From NCBI GenBank assembly GCA_002104945.1, contig MCFH01000064.1, forward strand, positions 231,663 to 295,662: a DNA stretch of 64,000 nucleotides. Reading direction: 5' to 3'. This DNA is from Piromyces finnis finn (Eukaryota; Fungi; Neocallimastigomycota). This document shows positions 24,859 through 37,264 of the stretch, in pieces (within the stretch, counting starts at the first letter, position 1; each line of letters opens with the position of its first letter). The notes under the pieces are model-generated. The model made no database searches and was not told where the DNA came from. It worked only from the letters and a program-made list of their open reading frames with translations. The position numbers and the translations under genes are program-made.

Positions 24859-26339
24859 TATATTTATGAATTTCCAACATTCTTTTATAATTATCACATG
24901 TAACATACACGTGCAACAAAACATGTTTAGGCAGTTTATTTCGTGTAACTTTTCTTTTAAAATGGCTTGTAGTACGTTAAAATGATTGGTAATCAATAAT
25001 TTTCTAATAATTTTCTTTTTAATTATGAAAAAGTTTAAGTAGTAAAACCCAGTCAAAAAGATTTTTAAACTAGCAACAACAAATTTTATAGCAGTAAGAA
25101 AAAAAAAAGTTTTATATAATAGTAATAGTAATAATGATCATTATTTTATTTGTTGTTTAAAGTTTTTTACTTGCAAAAAAAAAAAAAAACTTTATTAATA
25201 TCATTTTAATATTTTAATAAAACAAACTAATTAATTTAAGATTTTTTTATAATAATTTTGATTTGTATTTTTTAGTATTGTATTGAAATGATTTTTTTTA
25301 ATAATATTAATAAAAGATTAATTTAAAATTTAATTAGTAATTATTATTTAATAAAAGTTTTTTTTTTTTTTTTTCAACTATTAAATATAAAATAAAATAA
25401 ATAAAAAAAGAGCATACTTTTTTGGTGTATTTTTTTTTCCTAGGTTCTATTGAATTTTAATTTTAAAAAAATTATGCATAGTGCAAAAGAAAAAAAAATA
25501 TATATTTATTTGATCAATGATTTAAAAGTTTAAAAACTTTAAAATTTTGCTACTTACTTTTATTGTTGGAAAAATTAAAAATTGCCAAGAATTCATGAAG
25601 GAAAAAAAAAATTTTTAGGTAAAAAAAGAGGAGAAGGATAATGAAATCATTCTAAAGATGATTCTTTTACAAGTTTATAATTGTGAAACTATTTTAATAA
25701 TTTATAATTATTATTTTAATATTAATAATAATTAAAAAATAAAACAATGATTTCATATGTTTTTTTTTTGATGCCACACCATTCTAAAAAAAGAAATTCC
25801 TAAAATACCATAAAACACCATAAAATAGCATCGTCAATTTATAAAAGTTCAGCTTTTTTTTTTAATTGAACCTGGTTAAAATTTCATTGTTTTTTTTTTT
25901 AATTTAAATAATATATTAATAATAAATTGATTCTATAAAATAAAATTTAATTAAAAATTAAAATAACAATATATTAATTTTAATTTAAAATAAATTTTTT
26001 ATTATTTTTTTTTAAAAATAGTAAAAAAAGTTTATTTTATAGTAAATTCAATTGACAAATAAAATTCTCAATTTTATATAAAAAGGTTGAGAAAGAAACC
26101 ATTTTCTTTTTTTTTTTTTTTTTTGTAAAAACTAAAACAATTAAAATAAAAATAAAATTAAATAATAAAAAATAAATAATAAATAATACATACTACTGAA
26201 GTATTATACATACTAAATATATATATTAACCTTTTTAAAAAAAGAAAAAAAAGAAAACTTTTTTTGTTAATAAAAAAAAAAAGTAGAAAAATATATAGTC
26301 TTTTAAAAAGTATAATAGTTAATCCAACTCAACACAAAA

Positions 26340-27260
26340 ATGGAAGGTATTATGGATAATGTTATTGATTCATCAAACTTTTTTACTAATGATGTAGTAG
26401 AGTTATACGCTAGAGCATCAAGTAAGTCAAGTACAAGTTCAAAAGCAAGTTCTTCTTCATCCAAATCAAGTTCTAGTTCTAGTTCTAGTTCTAGTTCTAG
26501 TTCTAGTTCTAGTTCTAGTTCTAGTTCTAGTTCTAGTTCCAGTACAAAGAATAAATCAACTTCTTCTTCTTCCAGTTCTTTAATTTCTAGCTCAAAGTTA
26601 AAGTCAGCTTCTAAAGTGTCTAAAAAGACAAAGAAAGGTGGAAAAGGTGGTGGTAGTATATTGGGATTAGTTATTGTAGTTGTTATTATTATAATTATTG
26701 TAATTGCTATAATATACTTTAGAAAACATAAGAAGAGTAAGAAAATTAATAAGATTGAAAAACCAGCAAAAACTGAAGAGGAAGAACCAACTGAAGTTGT
26801 AGTTGTTAATAATGAAAGCCCATATCCAGAATCATCTAATGAAGAAGGTAAAACTAATGCTGAAATTTCTCAACAAACTCCATATCCACAAGATAGTAAT
26901 AATAATGGTGATATTACTCAACAAACTCCACCAGGTCAATATCCTCCACAAGGCCAATACCCACCACCAGGTCAATATCCACCACAAGGTCAATATCCAC
27001 CACAAGGTCAATATCCACCACAAGGTCAATATCCACCACAAGGTCAATATCCACCACCAGGTCAATATCCATATGGTATGCCACCAATGACTATGCCACC
27101 AATGACTGAAGGATTCCAACCACAAGGATTTGTTACTCCTTCTCCATTACCAGATGGTACACAACCAAATGCTTTACCATCTAACACAGCTAGTACTGAA
27201 CCAGAAAATATTAATGCTATGCCAATGCCAATGCCTATGCCTATGCCAATGGCAAAGTAA
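26340..27260 (+). CDS. Single-pass membrane protein with poly-Ser ectodomain and (PPQGQY)n tail (array gene F)
   Basis: 306 aa. LYAR motif, poly-Ser encoded by (TCTAGT)n, GGGSILG, TM and RKHKKSKK. About 7 copies of PP(Q/P)GQY (18-bp unit). Ends PENINAMPMPMPMPMAK. Confidence 0.85.
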   Translation: MEGIMDNVIDSSNFFTNDVVELYARASSKSSTSSKASSSSSKSSSSSSSSSSSSSSSSSSSSSSSSSSTKNKSTSSSSSSLISSSKLKSASKVSKKTKKGGKGGGSILGLVIVVVIIIIIVIAIIYFRKHKKSKKINKIEKPAKTEEEEPTEVVVVNNESPYPESSNEEGKTNAEISQQTPYPQDSNNNGDITQQTPPGQYPPQGQYPPPGQYPPQGQYPPQGQYPPQGQYPPQGQYPPPGQYPYGMPPMTMPPMTEGFQPQGFVTPSPLPDGTQPNALPSNTASTEPENINAMPMPMPMPMPMAK

Positions 27261-29851
27261 ATTTAAAATTTCTATGATGATAGAACTTTAAAATTTACTT
27301 ATTTATATAGTCTTTTTTTCGTTATTCCTTATCATAATTTTTTTTATCAAAAAGCGTATATACAATTCATTATTTAACGAAAAACATTTCATTTTAAAAG
27401 CGTGATTAACTATTATATCATTCAATAATTAAATCTAAGAAAGAAACTATAAAAAAAAAGTTTTCTTTTTAAATTTTAATATATATATAAATTTAAAATG
27501 CAGATTTGATAATTTATACATTAATGATATACAAAAACAAAAAAGATATTTAATAATATACATTAATAATGTATAATGATGATATATATATTACGAAATA
27601 AATTAAGTCTAATAATATTTCAGGTTTTTTTTTTTTTTATAAAAAAAGAACCTCTTATTAATATATATAAAATAATTATCAATATTTAATTTTTATTTAT
27701 AAAAACAATTATAAAAACAAACAAAAACATTAATATTACTTTTGATAAAGTAATTTTGTTTTTTTTTTTAATATAAGAAATATTAATATGTACAATTTTG
27801 TTTAAAAAGAATAAGCAAGAAAACAATTCCTTGCATTTATTCAAATATTAATATATGTACAATAGTTTAAAATTAAATTATAAATATTATTAATAATAAT
27901 ATATGAAAAAAAAAGTTGAAATAAAAGAAAAAAGAAAATAAATAATGAATTGTTATTTTTTTTCTTTTAAATTTTCTTTTAAACTTTTTTTTTTTTTTTT
28001 TTTGAAATCATATATTTAAAAAAGACAAAATATTCAGGAAACAAAAACATAACAAATTAATCATTATTATTATATACATATCAATATATTAATATCATAT
28101 TATAGCAATAACACTTAATATTCATAATAAAGTAAACTTTTTCCTAATTGTTAATGATTTAATTACATTAGAGAATTTTCATTGATATTCATTTTAGTGT
28201 ATCATTGGTTTTAATTTATATTTTTAATCAATAAATAAAACAAAGTATAATAATGCGCTAAATAATAATAGTAATTTTAAAATTGCTAGTCATATAAATA
28301 TGACTTTTTTTTATTTTGTAAATTAAATAATTAAATAATTTAATATTCATCATCGTAAAAAAAAAAAAAAACTTTTTAAACATTCAAATAACTATGGCTT
28401 TGAAATTTTACTTTTTTTTTTTTTGAGTGTTTCATTTTTAAACTTTTATAGTAATAAAAAAGCTTTTTTTTTTTTATATTTTATCTATAAATGTTATTTT
28501 TTTTACTATTTTTGTATTAATTATAAAAATTTTAATATTCAAGGTATATTAAAAAAAAATTAAACTTTTTTTTTTTTTTATTTTAATGCATTATGAGCAG
28601 ATGCTAAGTTTCAAGTATAAATTAAAAAAATTATTTAGCTTTGATGTAATATGATAACATGTTTATTGGTGGTGCCTCCCTTACCGTTATGATGTTGCCT
28701 ATAGCTTACATCTTTACGTATTACTATTATGCTCTTTAAAAAAAAAAAACAATTTATCAAGGGTGATCTATTATTAAAAGTTATATTTTTACCTTTAAAA
28801 TTGGATTTATAAAATATTTATTCTGTGTAAATTAATTTATTTTTTAATTAAAATATTTTTAGTTATTTATTAATTTATTTATTTCATTCATTTACTTTTA
28901 TATAATAAAATAAGAAATTTATTTATTTAATTTATTTATTTTTTAATAGGATAGGAAAAAAAAAACAATTAAAATGTGAAATTAAATGATGAAAAATGTG
29001 AAATTTTAATATAAAAGAAAATACCATAAAATTAAAAATGTTTCAGGTTAAAGTTATTAATTTTACTGCAACCTCATTCGTTCAGTCGTTACAACCTTAA
29101 CCAAAAAAATCAAGTTAAAAAATGTTCATTTTTTTATTATAAAATTTATAAAATTTAAAAAAAAGAATAATAATTAAAATTTTAAAAAAAGTTATAATTT
29201 TAATGTATCAATGGAAGGGGTGAACCAGTAAAATTTAGTAAAAAATCATTTTATTAATATTATTATATTTTATTAAAAAAAAAAAATTATTAATTAATGA
29301 AGCCGTTTTTTTAAATTACATCAAAATTTCTTGTATCCATTATTTTATATATAAAGTATCTTCTTTTTTTTTTTTTTTTTTTTTTCACAATAATATTTAG
29401 GAAAGGGAAGAAAGAATTTAATTTTAATATTTATTAATATGCAAAAGAAAAATAATTGAAGAAAAAAAAAAGTAAATGAATATTTAAATATTTAGTTGTT
29501 GACTTTTATACTATTTCATTATTATGAAATATCGTATAAAATAATATAAAAATAATTATATATACGTTTAGTAAGAAAAAAGTTAACAATATATTTATTA
29601 TTACAAACAAACAACAAAAAAAAAAAAAAACATAAATAAAAAAAATTGTCTTTTTTTTTTAAAAAAATATTATTGTATTTTGAATATATTAATTATTTAT
29701 ATCTTATAAAAAAGTTACAATTGAAATTTTAACATTTTTTAAAAAAAAAAAATAATACTTAACAATATAAATAATACCAAGAACTAATAACCAAAGTATA
29801 ATAATATTATTTAAAAATAATAAAATAAATAAATAAATAAATAAATAAAAA

Positions 29852-31579
29852 ATGGCATCAGAAATAAAAGATACTGTAAATAGTAATAGTTTAGAAGACA
29901 ATGATGTTAATACCAATGATTCCACTGAGAACAAACTTGACGTAGTGGAAGATAATAAAACTGAAAATATAAAAAATAAAAATGATGATTCTAATAATAA
30001 CGAGAATACAACAACAGAAACAAATAATGAAAAACCAAAAGAAGATGAAAAAGAGGATACCAATGATAACAAAGAAAATAGTACAAATGATTCAGCTACA
30101 AAACTTGAGTATCAAAAACAAGATGATAACAACTCATCAACTACAGTGTTATCAAATGATGATAATACTAATTCTGTAGCTAAATCTATGGAACCGGTTG
30201 TTGTGGAAAGTAGTAATGTAGATATCAATGATTCAAGTAATACTATGAATAGAAAAATACCAATACCAATATCATCTATTGACAATAACAATAGTCCTAA
30301 TCAAGGTTCAGGGCCATCATTTGCCTTAATATTCTCAATATTAGCATTGATCGTTGTCGGTGGTGCTTTCTATGTATATAGAAAAAAAGTATTGAAAAAA
30401 AGAAAGGATGAAGAAAATGATAAATCGCTAACTATGCAACAAGATACTAACGATAATGCAAATAAATCATTTGTTCTCTCCATTCATGATGACGACAAAT
30501 TAGATAATAAACCAGATCCAGATGTTAGTTATACCGATTTAATTAAAAAAGATATTAAGCATAGAACCATTGAAATTTATCAAACAGATATTATAGCATC
30601 CCCTAAACTTGCTTGTCTTGCCAGTCCAGATCTTAGTCGAAGCCCATCAAGAGTCAGTCGACTTGAAACGAGTTTAAGTGGAAATAGTCCATCGAGAATA
30701 AGTAGATCTGATTTAGATTTAAATAGAAGTCCATCAAGAGTAAGTGGCTATGATTATGACGTCGCAAGCAGTAAAAGACATTCAAGAGTAAGTGGTTATG
30801 ATTATGACGTCGCAAGCAGTAAAAGGCATTCAAGAGTAAGTGGTTATGATTATGACGTCGCAAGTAGTAAAAGGCATTCAAGAGTAAGTGGTTATGATTA
30901 TGACGTCGCAAGTAGTAAAAGACAAGATACTGAATGGAAAGGAGGAGATTCTCCAAGAAGAAGTAGAAAAGGATCAGATGTGGCTAGAAATTGGGTAAGA
31001 GTTAGTCGACAAAGTGCTGAATTATCTAAACACTTATCACGAATGAGCAGTCAAGGAGAAGGATGCGAGTTACGTCGAGGTTCCTCATTATTAAGAAGTC
31101 GCTGCCGAAATCGTAGTCCAAGCCATAGTTCAAATTATAGTCCAAGCCGTAGTCCAAATCCAGAAATAAGTAGTAGAATAGCAAAGAAATTTAATCCTGA
31201 AATCGTACATAATCCACCTAAAATTAAACGTGATCGTAGTCCAACGGTGACAGAATTTAGTATACCAAAAATTGATGCTGATTGTTACAGTCCATCTTTA
31301 GATTACATTAATACTTATTATAATGATCAAGAAAACGATCAAGAAAATGATCCAACGGTAAAAAATGCCACTGATCATAGTACAAGTATGAATTCTCGAG
31401 ATTTAGATGGTAATACCCTTTATTCTAATTATACTGATAAAACCGATATTTTATCCCTAAGTATGATCAATAATAATAAAGAATCCCCTGAACCAGCAAC
31501 ATTATCTCGTATTCAAAATAATATCAATGATATAAAATTATCTCCTAGATTTAATTCTTTAAATCGATCATCTAATTAA
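29852..31579 (+). CDS. Single-pass membrane protein with acidic N/T/D ectodomain and Ser/Arg-rich repeat tail (array gene G)
   Basis: 575 aa. TM (FALIFSILALIVVGGAFYVY) followed by RKKVLKKRK. Four copies of SRVSGYDYDVASSKR(H/Q) and many RSPS motifs. Confidence 0.85.
   Translation: MASEIKDTVNSNSLEDNDVNTNDSTENKLDVVEDNKTENIKNKNDDSNNNENTTTETNNEKPKEDEKEDTNDNKENSTNDSATKLEYQKQDDNNSSTTVLSNDDNTNSVAKSMEPVVVESSNVDINDSSNTMNRKIPIPISSIDNNNSPNQGSGPSFALIFSILALIVVGGAFYVYRKKVLKKRKDEENDKSLTMQQDTNDNANKSFVLSIHDDDKLDNKPDPDVSYTDLIKKDIKHRTIEIYQTDIIASPKLACLASPDLSRSPSRVSRLETSLSGNSPSRISRSDLDLNRSPSRVSGYDYDVASSKRHSRVSGYDYDVASSKRHSRVSGYDYDVASSKRHSRVSGYDYDVASSKRQDTEWKGGDSPRRSRKGSDVARNWVRVSRQSAELSKHLSRMSSQGEGCELRRGSSLLRSRCRNRSPSHSSNYSPSRSPNPEISSRIAKKFNPEIVHNPPKIKRDRSPTVTEFSIPKIDADCYSPSLDYINTYYNDQENDQENDPTVKNATDHSTSMNSRDLDGNTLYSNYTDKTDILSLSMINNNKESPEPATLSRIQNNINDIKLSPRFNSLNRSSN
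30730..30925 (+). repeat. Coding tandem repeat, 48-bp unit, 4 copies
   Basis: tcaagagtaagtggttatgattatgacgtcgcaag(c/t)agtaaaag(a/g)ca is repeated four times with few substitutions. Confidence 0.92.
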
Positions 31580-32292
31580 AAAAAAAAGATATCTCTATTT
31601 ATTTAAAATAATAACAACATAATAACAACTATCATTTCAAATTTATCAAATTATAACTACTATCAAATTTACCAAAGAAGAAAAAAAAAACTACATAATT
31701 ATACATATTCATTTAATCATAATTATAGTATATCTTAAAAAATTATATTTGATATATAATAAATGAAATAATAATGAAAAAAAAAAAAAAAAAAAACTTT
31801 CAGAAGAAATAATTATTTATAATTTATTTTATTCATAATATTAAAATATTAAAAAAAAAAATAGGTATAAAATATTTTAAAAGTTTAATTTTTTTTTTTT
31901 TTGTAATATAAAATTATATTAATTGTATAATATTATATTCGTTAGTTTTTATGAAATTATCATTTATATTAGAAAACAGTTTATATACAGAATAGCATTT
32001 TATATAGTATATATTTATAATAATAATATTAATAAAAAAAATTAATATTTATATATAATATTTTTTAATTCAAGGATTGAAATTAGTTATAACTCTATTC
32101 CTATATATATATATATATTCATACATATACAATAATATATAAATATTGAATAATTAATATGATTTATTTTTTTTTGTATATCATTTAATATTAATGATAT
32201 CAATATCCTTTTTTGTAAACATTTGTAAACATAGTCAATGAAAAAAAAAAAAGAAAGAAAAATAAAATATCTTTTTTTGTTCAATGGAATCA

Positions 32293-32325
<33 letters not shown>

Positions 32326-32477
32326 TAATTTAAATATAAAATATTATTATTATCTTTTATTAGAAGTATCAACTTTTTATAAAAGTTAATTCAATACTAT
32401 ATATATACTTTTTTTGTTGATTTAAATATTACTTTTTGTATTTATTATAAAAAATGGTTATTAATTTGTTTTAAATT

Positions 32478-32622
<145 letters not shown>

Positions 32623-33576
32623 TATGTTATTATTATATATAACAAAAGGCTTTACATTTATAATATTTCAATTATTAAGAGATAATATTTAATAATATTA
32701 AACTAATTATTAAGATTTACCCATATCAAAACAAAATTATGTTTTTATATTAATATCAAGATGGTTTTTATTATGATTAACTTAAAATAATAATATAATA
32801 ATATTATAATAATATTATCAGACAATTTATGCATAATAATAAATTATATAAAACATAAAAAAAAAAAAAAAAAAACTTTATATTAAAATTCATATATTTT
32901 TTATTAAGTAATTTAATAAAATTAAAGGTTATAAATAATTTTAATGAAAGTATTAGAATTAAGAACTAAAAATAAACCAAATTTTATTTATAGTTTTTTT
33001 TTTTCTTCTAAGTTGTTTGGATGTTTTTTAATTATTTTATCAAAGAAAATTTTTTATTTCAAAACTAAATATAAATTGATTTTAATTTAGATATATTTTG
33101 TATTTTTAATCGTTTCAAAATTCATGATTATTGGGAAAAGGAAATAAAGTAAAGTAGATAATAAAATATAAAAGATACTACGTTTTTATTAATTATTTTA
33201 CCAATAAAAATATCTTTTATTTTTAGTTTTAAAGTTTTTTTTTTTTTAAAAATGAAAATTAAAAATTTTCCATTCATTTTCATTTTTAATTTAAAAAAAA
33301 ATAAACTTTTTTTTCTTGTACAACATTTATTTTTTGTGGATTTTTTTCTTTTTATAATTTTTATGTTTATTTGACCTTTTCTAATACAACTTTTATATGA
33401 AAAAGTGATGAAAAAGTCTATATTAATAAATTAAAATGTTTGAAATCATATGGAGGAATTTAATGAAACGATAATATTTTCACTTTTTTAATTTTATAAA
33501 GAAAGCTTTTAATAGGATGAATTTAATTGAAAACATATATACTTTTATTATTTTAAAAACTTTTTATATAAGATAT

Positions 33577-33652
33577 TACTTTTTAATTTTATAAATGAAA
33601 ACACTATTAAAAAATTAATATTATATGTTTTCATTTATAAAATTAAAAAGTA
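33577..33652. repeat. Perfect 27-bp inverted repeat with 22-nt spacer
   Basis: tactttttaattttataaatgaaaaca (33577-33603) and its exact reverse complement (33626-33652). Confidence 0.88.
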
Positions 33653-33947
33653 AAAAGTTTTTTATTAGTATAAATCATATATATTTTACTTTTAATATGA
33701 TTAATTAATGAAAATATACTACTATTAATATTATAATTATATATTTTACTTTTAATATGATTAATGAAAATATTATAATTATAGGTATAGTATATTAATT
33801 AATTATAGGTAATTTATTATTTAATTTTATTTTTATTTTTTGAAAGATATATAAAGAAGAATATTTTCTTCATATTTCAAATTTTTTTACTTTGTAATCT
33901 AATAGTTGTAATAATTTCAATAAAATAAAACTTTTTATTTATTAAAC

Positions 33948-34541
33948 ATGTATATAAAGAATACCGAAAATAAAAATGCAATGGATTCCTCTTTATGGAA
34001 TACCAAAAATGATGTTGAAAATATGGATAAACCAAAATCACATAAAAAAACAGTAAAAATATATAAATGTCGTCAATCAAAATCAGAACCTGAACCTGAA
34101 AAAGATGATTTCCAAGTAAAATACATTAAATCATCATCAGATATTGATAATGACGTTGCTACAGACACTACTACATTTTATGATAACAATAATAATGTTG
34201 AATTAGCCAATACCCTACCTATTCAAATTAATTCTACCATTACCGATAGTAATGTTTCCATTAACGAAAGTAGAGAATATAGTGAGGATCAAAGTCTTAA
34301 TAATAATGATGACCTAACTACTTCCATAACACCATTTAAAGTTCTTTGTCCAATGGCTTCTTTAGTTTTTGTTGGTTTTGCCGTAAAACTCTTTAAGAAA
34401 AGACCACTTACCACCCTTATTCTTCATAAAAATCATGAAGAAGAAGAAGAAGAAGAAAATAAAAATGTAACAAATAGTTATACAGAATCTCTTAAAAATG
34501 ATGCTATTATGAAATATCAACAATCTTATGATAGGGTTTAA
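33948..34541 (+). CDS. Probable single-pass membrane protein (array gene H)
   Basis: 197 aa. Starts MYIKN, like genes I and J. Acidic N/S/T-rich region, then a short hydrophobic segment VLCPMASLVFVGFAVKLF followed by KKR. Confidence 0.7.
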   Translation: MYIKNTENKNAMDSSLWNTKNDVENMDKPKSHKKTVKIYKCRQSKSEPEPEKDDFQVKYIKSSSDIDNDVATDTTTFYDNNNNVELANTLPIQINSTITDSNVSINESREYSEDQSLNNNDDLTTSITPFKVLCPMASLVFVGFAVKLFKKRPLTTLILHKNHEEEEEEENKNVTNSYTESLKNDAIMKYQQSYDRV

Positions 34542-34914
34542 TTTTTTTTTTCATTAACTATTCCTCTTTAATCTTTTATTCATTATTGAAACTATTAAAA
34601 CATAAAAAATATTATAAATATATATTCGTATAAATATATTTATAAGAATATAATATTTAAAACAAATCAACACGCACACATCTAAATTTGTAAATTATTC
34701 TTTATTTATTGTTAAATAGGATTAAATTAATCTAGAAAATCATTAATTTTTTTTTTAACTAAACTGTAAAATAATAATGTATATATCGATTCATTTATTG
34801 AATTATTACAACTATCCTCTCTCAGCAATTATCAAAAAAAAAAAAATTTTTTTTTATTCTTTTTTATTCAATATTTATTAATAGGATAAAAATGATGTAA
34901 AGAAAATAACATAA

Positions 34915-35036
34915 ATAATATTATATTTTTTAATAATATTTATTAATATGAAATAAATAATAATATATTTTTTAATAATATTTATTAATATGAAATAAAT
35001 AATAATATATTTTTTAATAATATTTATTAATATGAA
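34915..35036. repeat. 42-bp AT-rich tandem repeat, ~3 copies
   Basis: Unit tatattttttaataatatttattaatatgaaataaataataa. Flanked on both sides by atgtaaagaaaataac. Confidence 0.8.
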
Positions 35037-37264
35037 AAAAATGTAAAGAAAATAACCATAAGAATAAAAATAAAGAAATAATTATAATATTATAATTATT
35101 ATAATAATACTTTTTTCTTTTTTTAAAAAAAAGAAACATAATAGGAAATCTTAAAAAGTGAATAAAATATTTATAATGTTATAAATGTTATTTAAAAAAG
35201 TAGAGAAACTATTATATTTATCATCTATTATTATTATTCAATTGTTATTTATCATTATCAAAAGAAAAAAAACGATATGATGAATAAAAATTAAGTATAT
35301 ATATAGTATATATATAAGAATAATTTTTATTTAAAGAAATGTAGTTAGAAACTTTTTATTTAAAGATATTTGTATTATTAAACAAATATTTATGTAAATG
35401 AAATGAAATATTTTATTAATAACAAATAATACTAACATAATAATGATATTTTATTAATACCAAATAATACTAACACACATATGAATGATAACAACAACAC
35501 TGTTTTATATATTGATACAAATATTAATAATATGGATAGTAATTAGAGAAATTAATATCTATAATAAATCATGCAAGCATAGCATGCAAGAGAAAAATTA
35601 TAATTATTATTAATCATTTTTTCTATTTCATACAAATATAATACATTAATGTAAGTTGTACATTAAATCAAATCATCATATGATTCATATGATCCATAGA
35701 ATTATCTGTCACTCAAACATATAATTATCTACATTTATGTAAATTAAGCATAAATTTATTTATCCATACATTTGATATTCATGACAATATTTATTGTATT
35801 AAATGCTTATATAATAAATAAAGTTGTATATAAATCAGTTACCAATATTTAAATAAAATGATAACTAAAAAAAAAGATGATCAAAGTTAAATACTAATAA
35901 ATATAAAAATTATTAATATATATAAATTAAAAGTATCAATGTTTCAAGAAATAAAAAAAAGTTTCATCATGCCTTTTTCAAATGCAAATTCAAAAAAAAT
36001 GATCTTGTTCGTTTTCTATTATTAAACTTTATTATTATCAATTTATTACAATTTCATTATTATACTTTTTAGTATATTTCTTTTTCTAAAGATTAATTAT
36101 TATTATTCCTATAAGATTCCCCTTTTTTTTTATTTAAAATAATAAAGTTTTTATAATTTTTTAAAGGTAAAATCATGTTTTAATACGTTTCATTTCTTTA
36201 TAAAAAAAAAAGAAAATTCAAATCTTTCTTTCTATCCATTTTATTAATATTTTATTGGTATTTTATAAATTGGATAAAACAAGCACTTGGTTTTTTTTTT
36301 GTTTTTGTTTTAAGTTTAAATAATAATTAATAATATTTAATAATTAAATTTTATTTAATAAAGGAATAATGTTAAAAGCAAATTTTCGATTGTTTTATAT
36401 TTAAATTAAAAAATTTCATTTTTTAAAGGAGAAAAATCATTTTTAGTGGTTTTACCATTAAAAAAAAAAAAAAAAAGCAAGAATAATAATATTTATAGAT
36501 AATATCATATTATGAAGATCTTTTATGATATAAAAGAAAACCTTTTAACATAACATATTAATGTATAAAAAAAAAAGTTATAGGTGAGTGTGGGTAGATG
36601 GAGTAAAAAATTAAGACTAAAATTTTAAATATATATTTATTTTTTAAATATCTTTCCAATAAAATAAATTAAAAATAAATTAAAATGGTTTGAGGTGGTA
36701 CAAAAAAATTGAAAATTAAAAAAATGAAAAGAAAACAATATTAAAAATTTAATCTCAACCAAAATGTAAAAAATGTAAAATGTAAAAAAATAATTAAAAT
36801 TTTAGTTTTTCAGTGTTTTATCTTAGTTTTAAAATATTTATGTTTTATAGCCATCCTCAAAATACAATATTAAAAATCTTGTTTTCTAGACAAAAAAGTT
36901 TAAATTTTATATATAAAACCTATTATTTTATCTTTTCTTTTTTTTTTTTTTTTTTTCGTTTGTTTTATTATTTTAAATACCATTTTTTTTATTGTCGTTT
37001 ATTGCTTTTTTTTTTTAAAAAAATCTTATATAATTATAATTTTATATCATGGTTATTTATTAGTTTTTTAAAAGATAAAAAAACATTAGAAAACAAATAA
37101 CAATTATATACAATTATATATACACAGACCTTCCTAATATTAAAAAAAAAAAAAAAACATTAAAAGAGAATCTATAGAATATCCTATTATTTTTAAAAAA
37201 CGAAATACTTTATAAAAATAGTAAATAAATAGTAGTAATATCAATAATAAATAAATAAAAAAAA

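Noticed and set aside
24577-25056. Poly-Ile and poly-Tyr ORFs
   Set aside because: Translation of the TTA/TAA microsatellite.
30730-30925. KEP/pheromone-type precursor (KR-delimited repeats)
   Set aside because: No signal peptide, and the repeats lie C-terminal to the TM and basic cluster (predicted cytosol). Kept only as an alternative in the findings.
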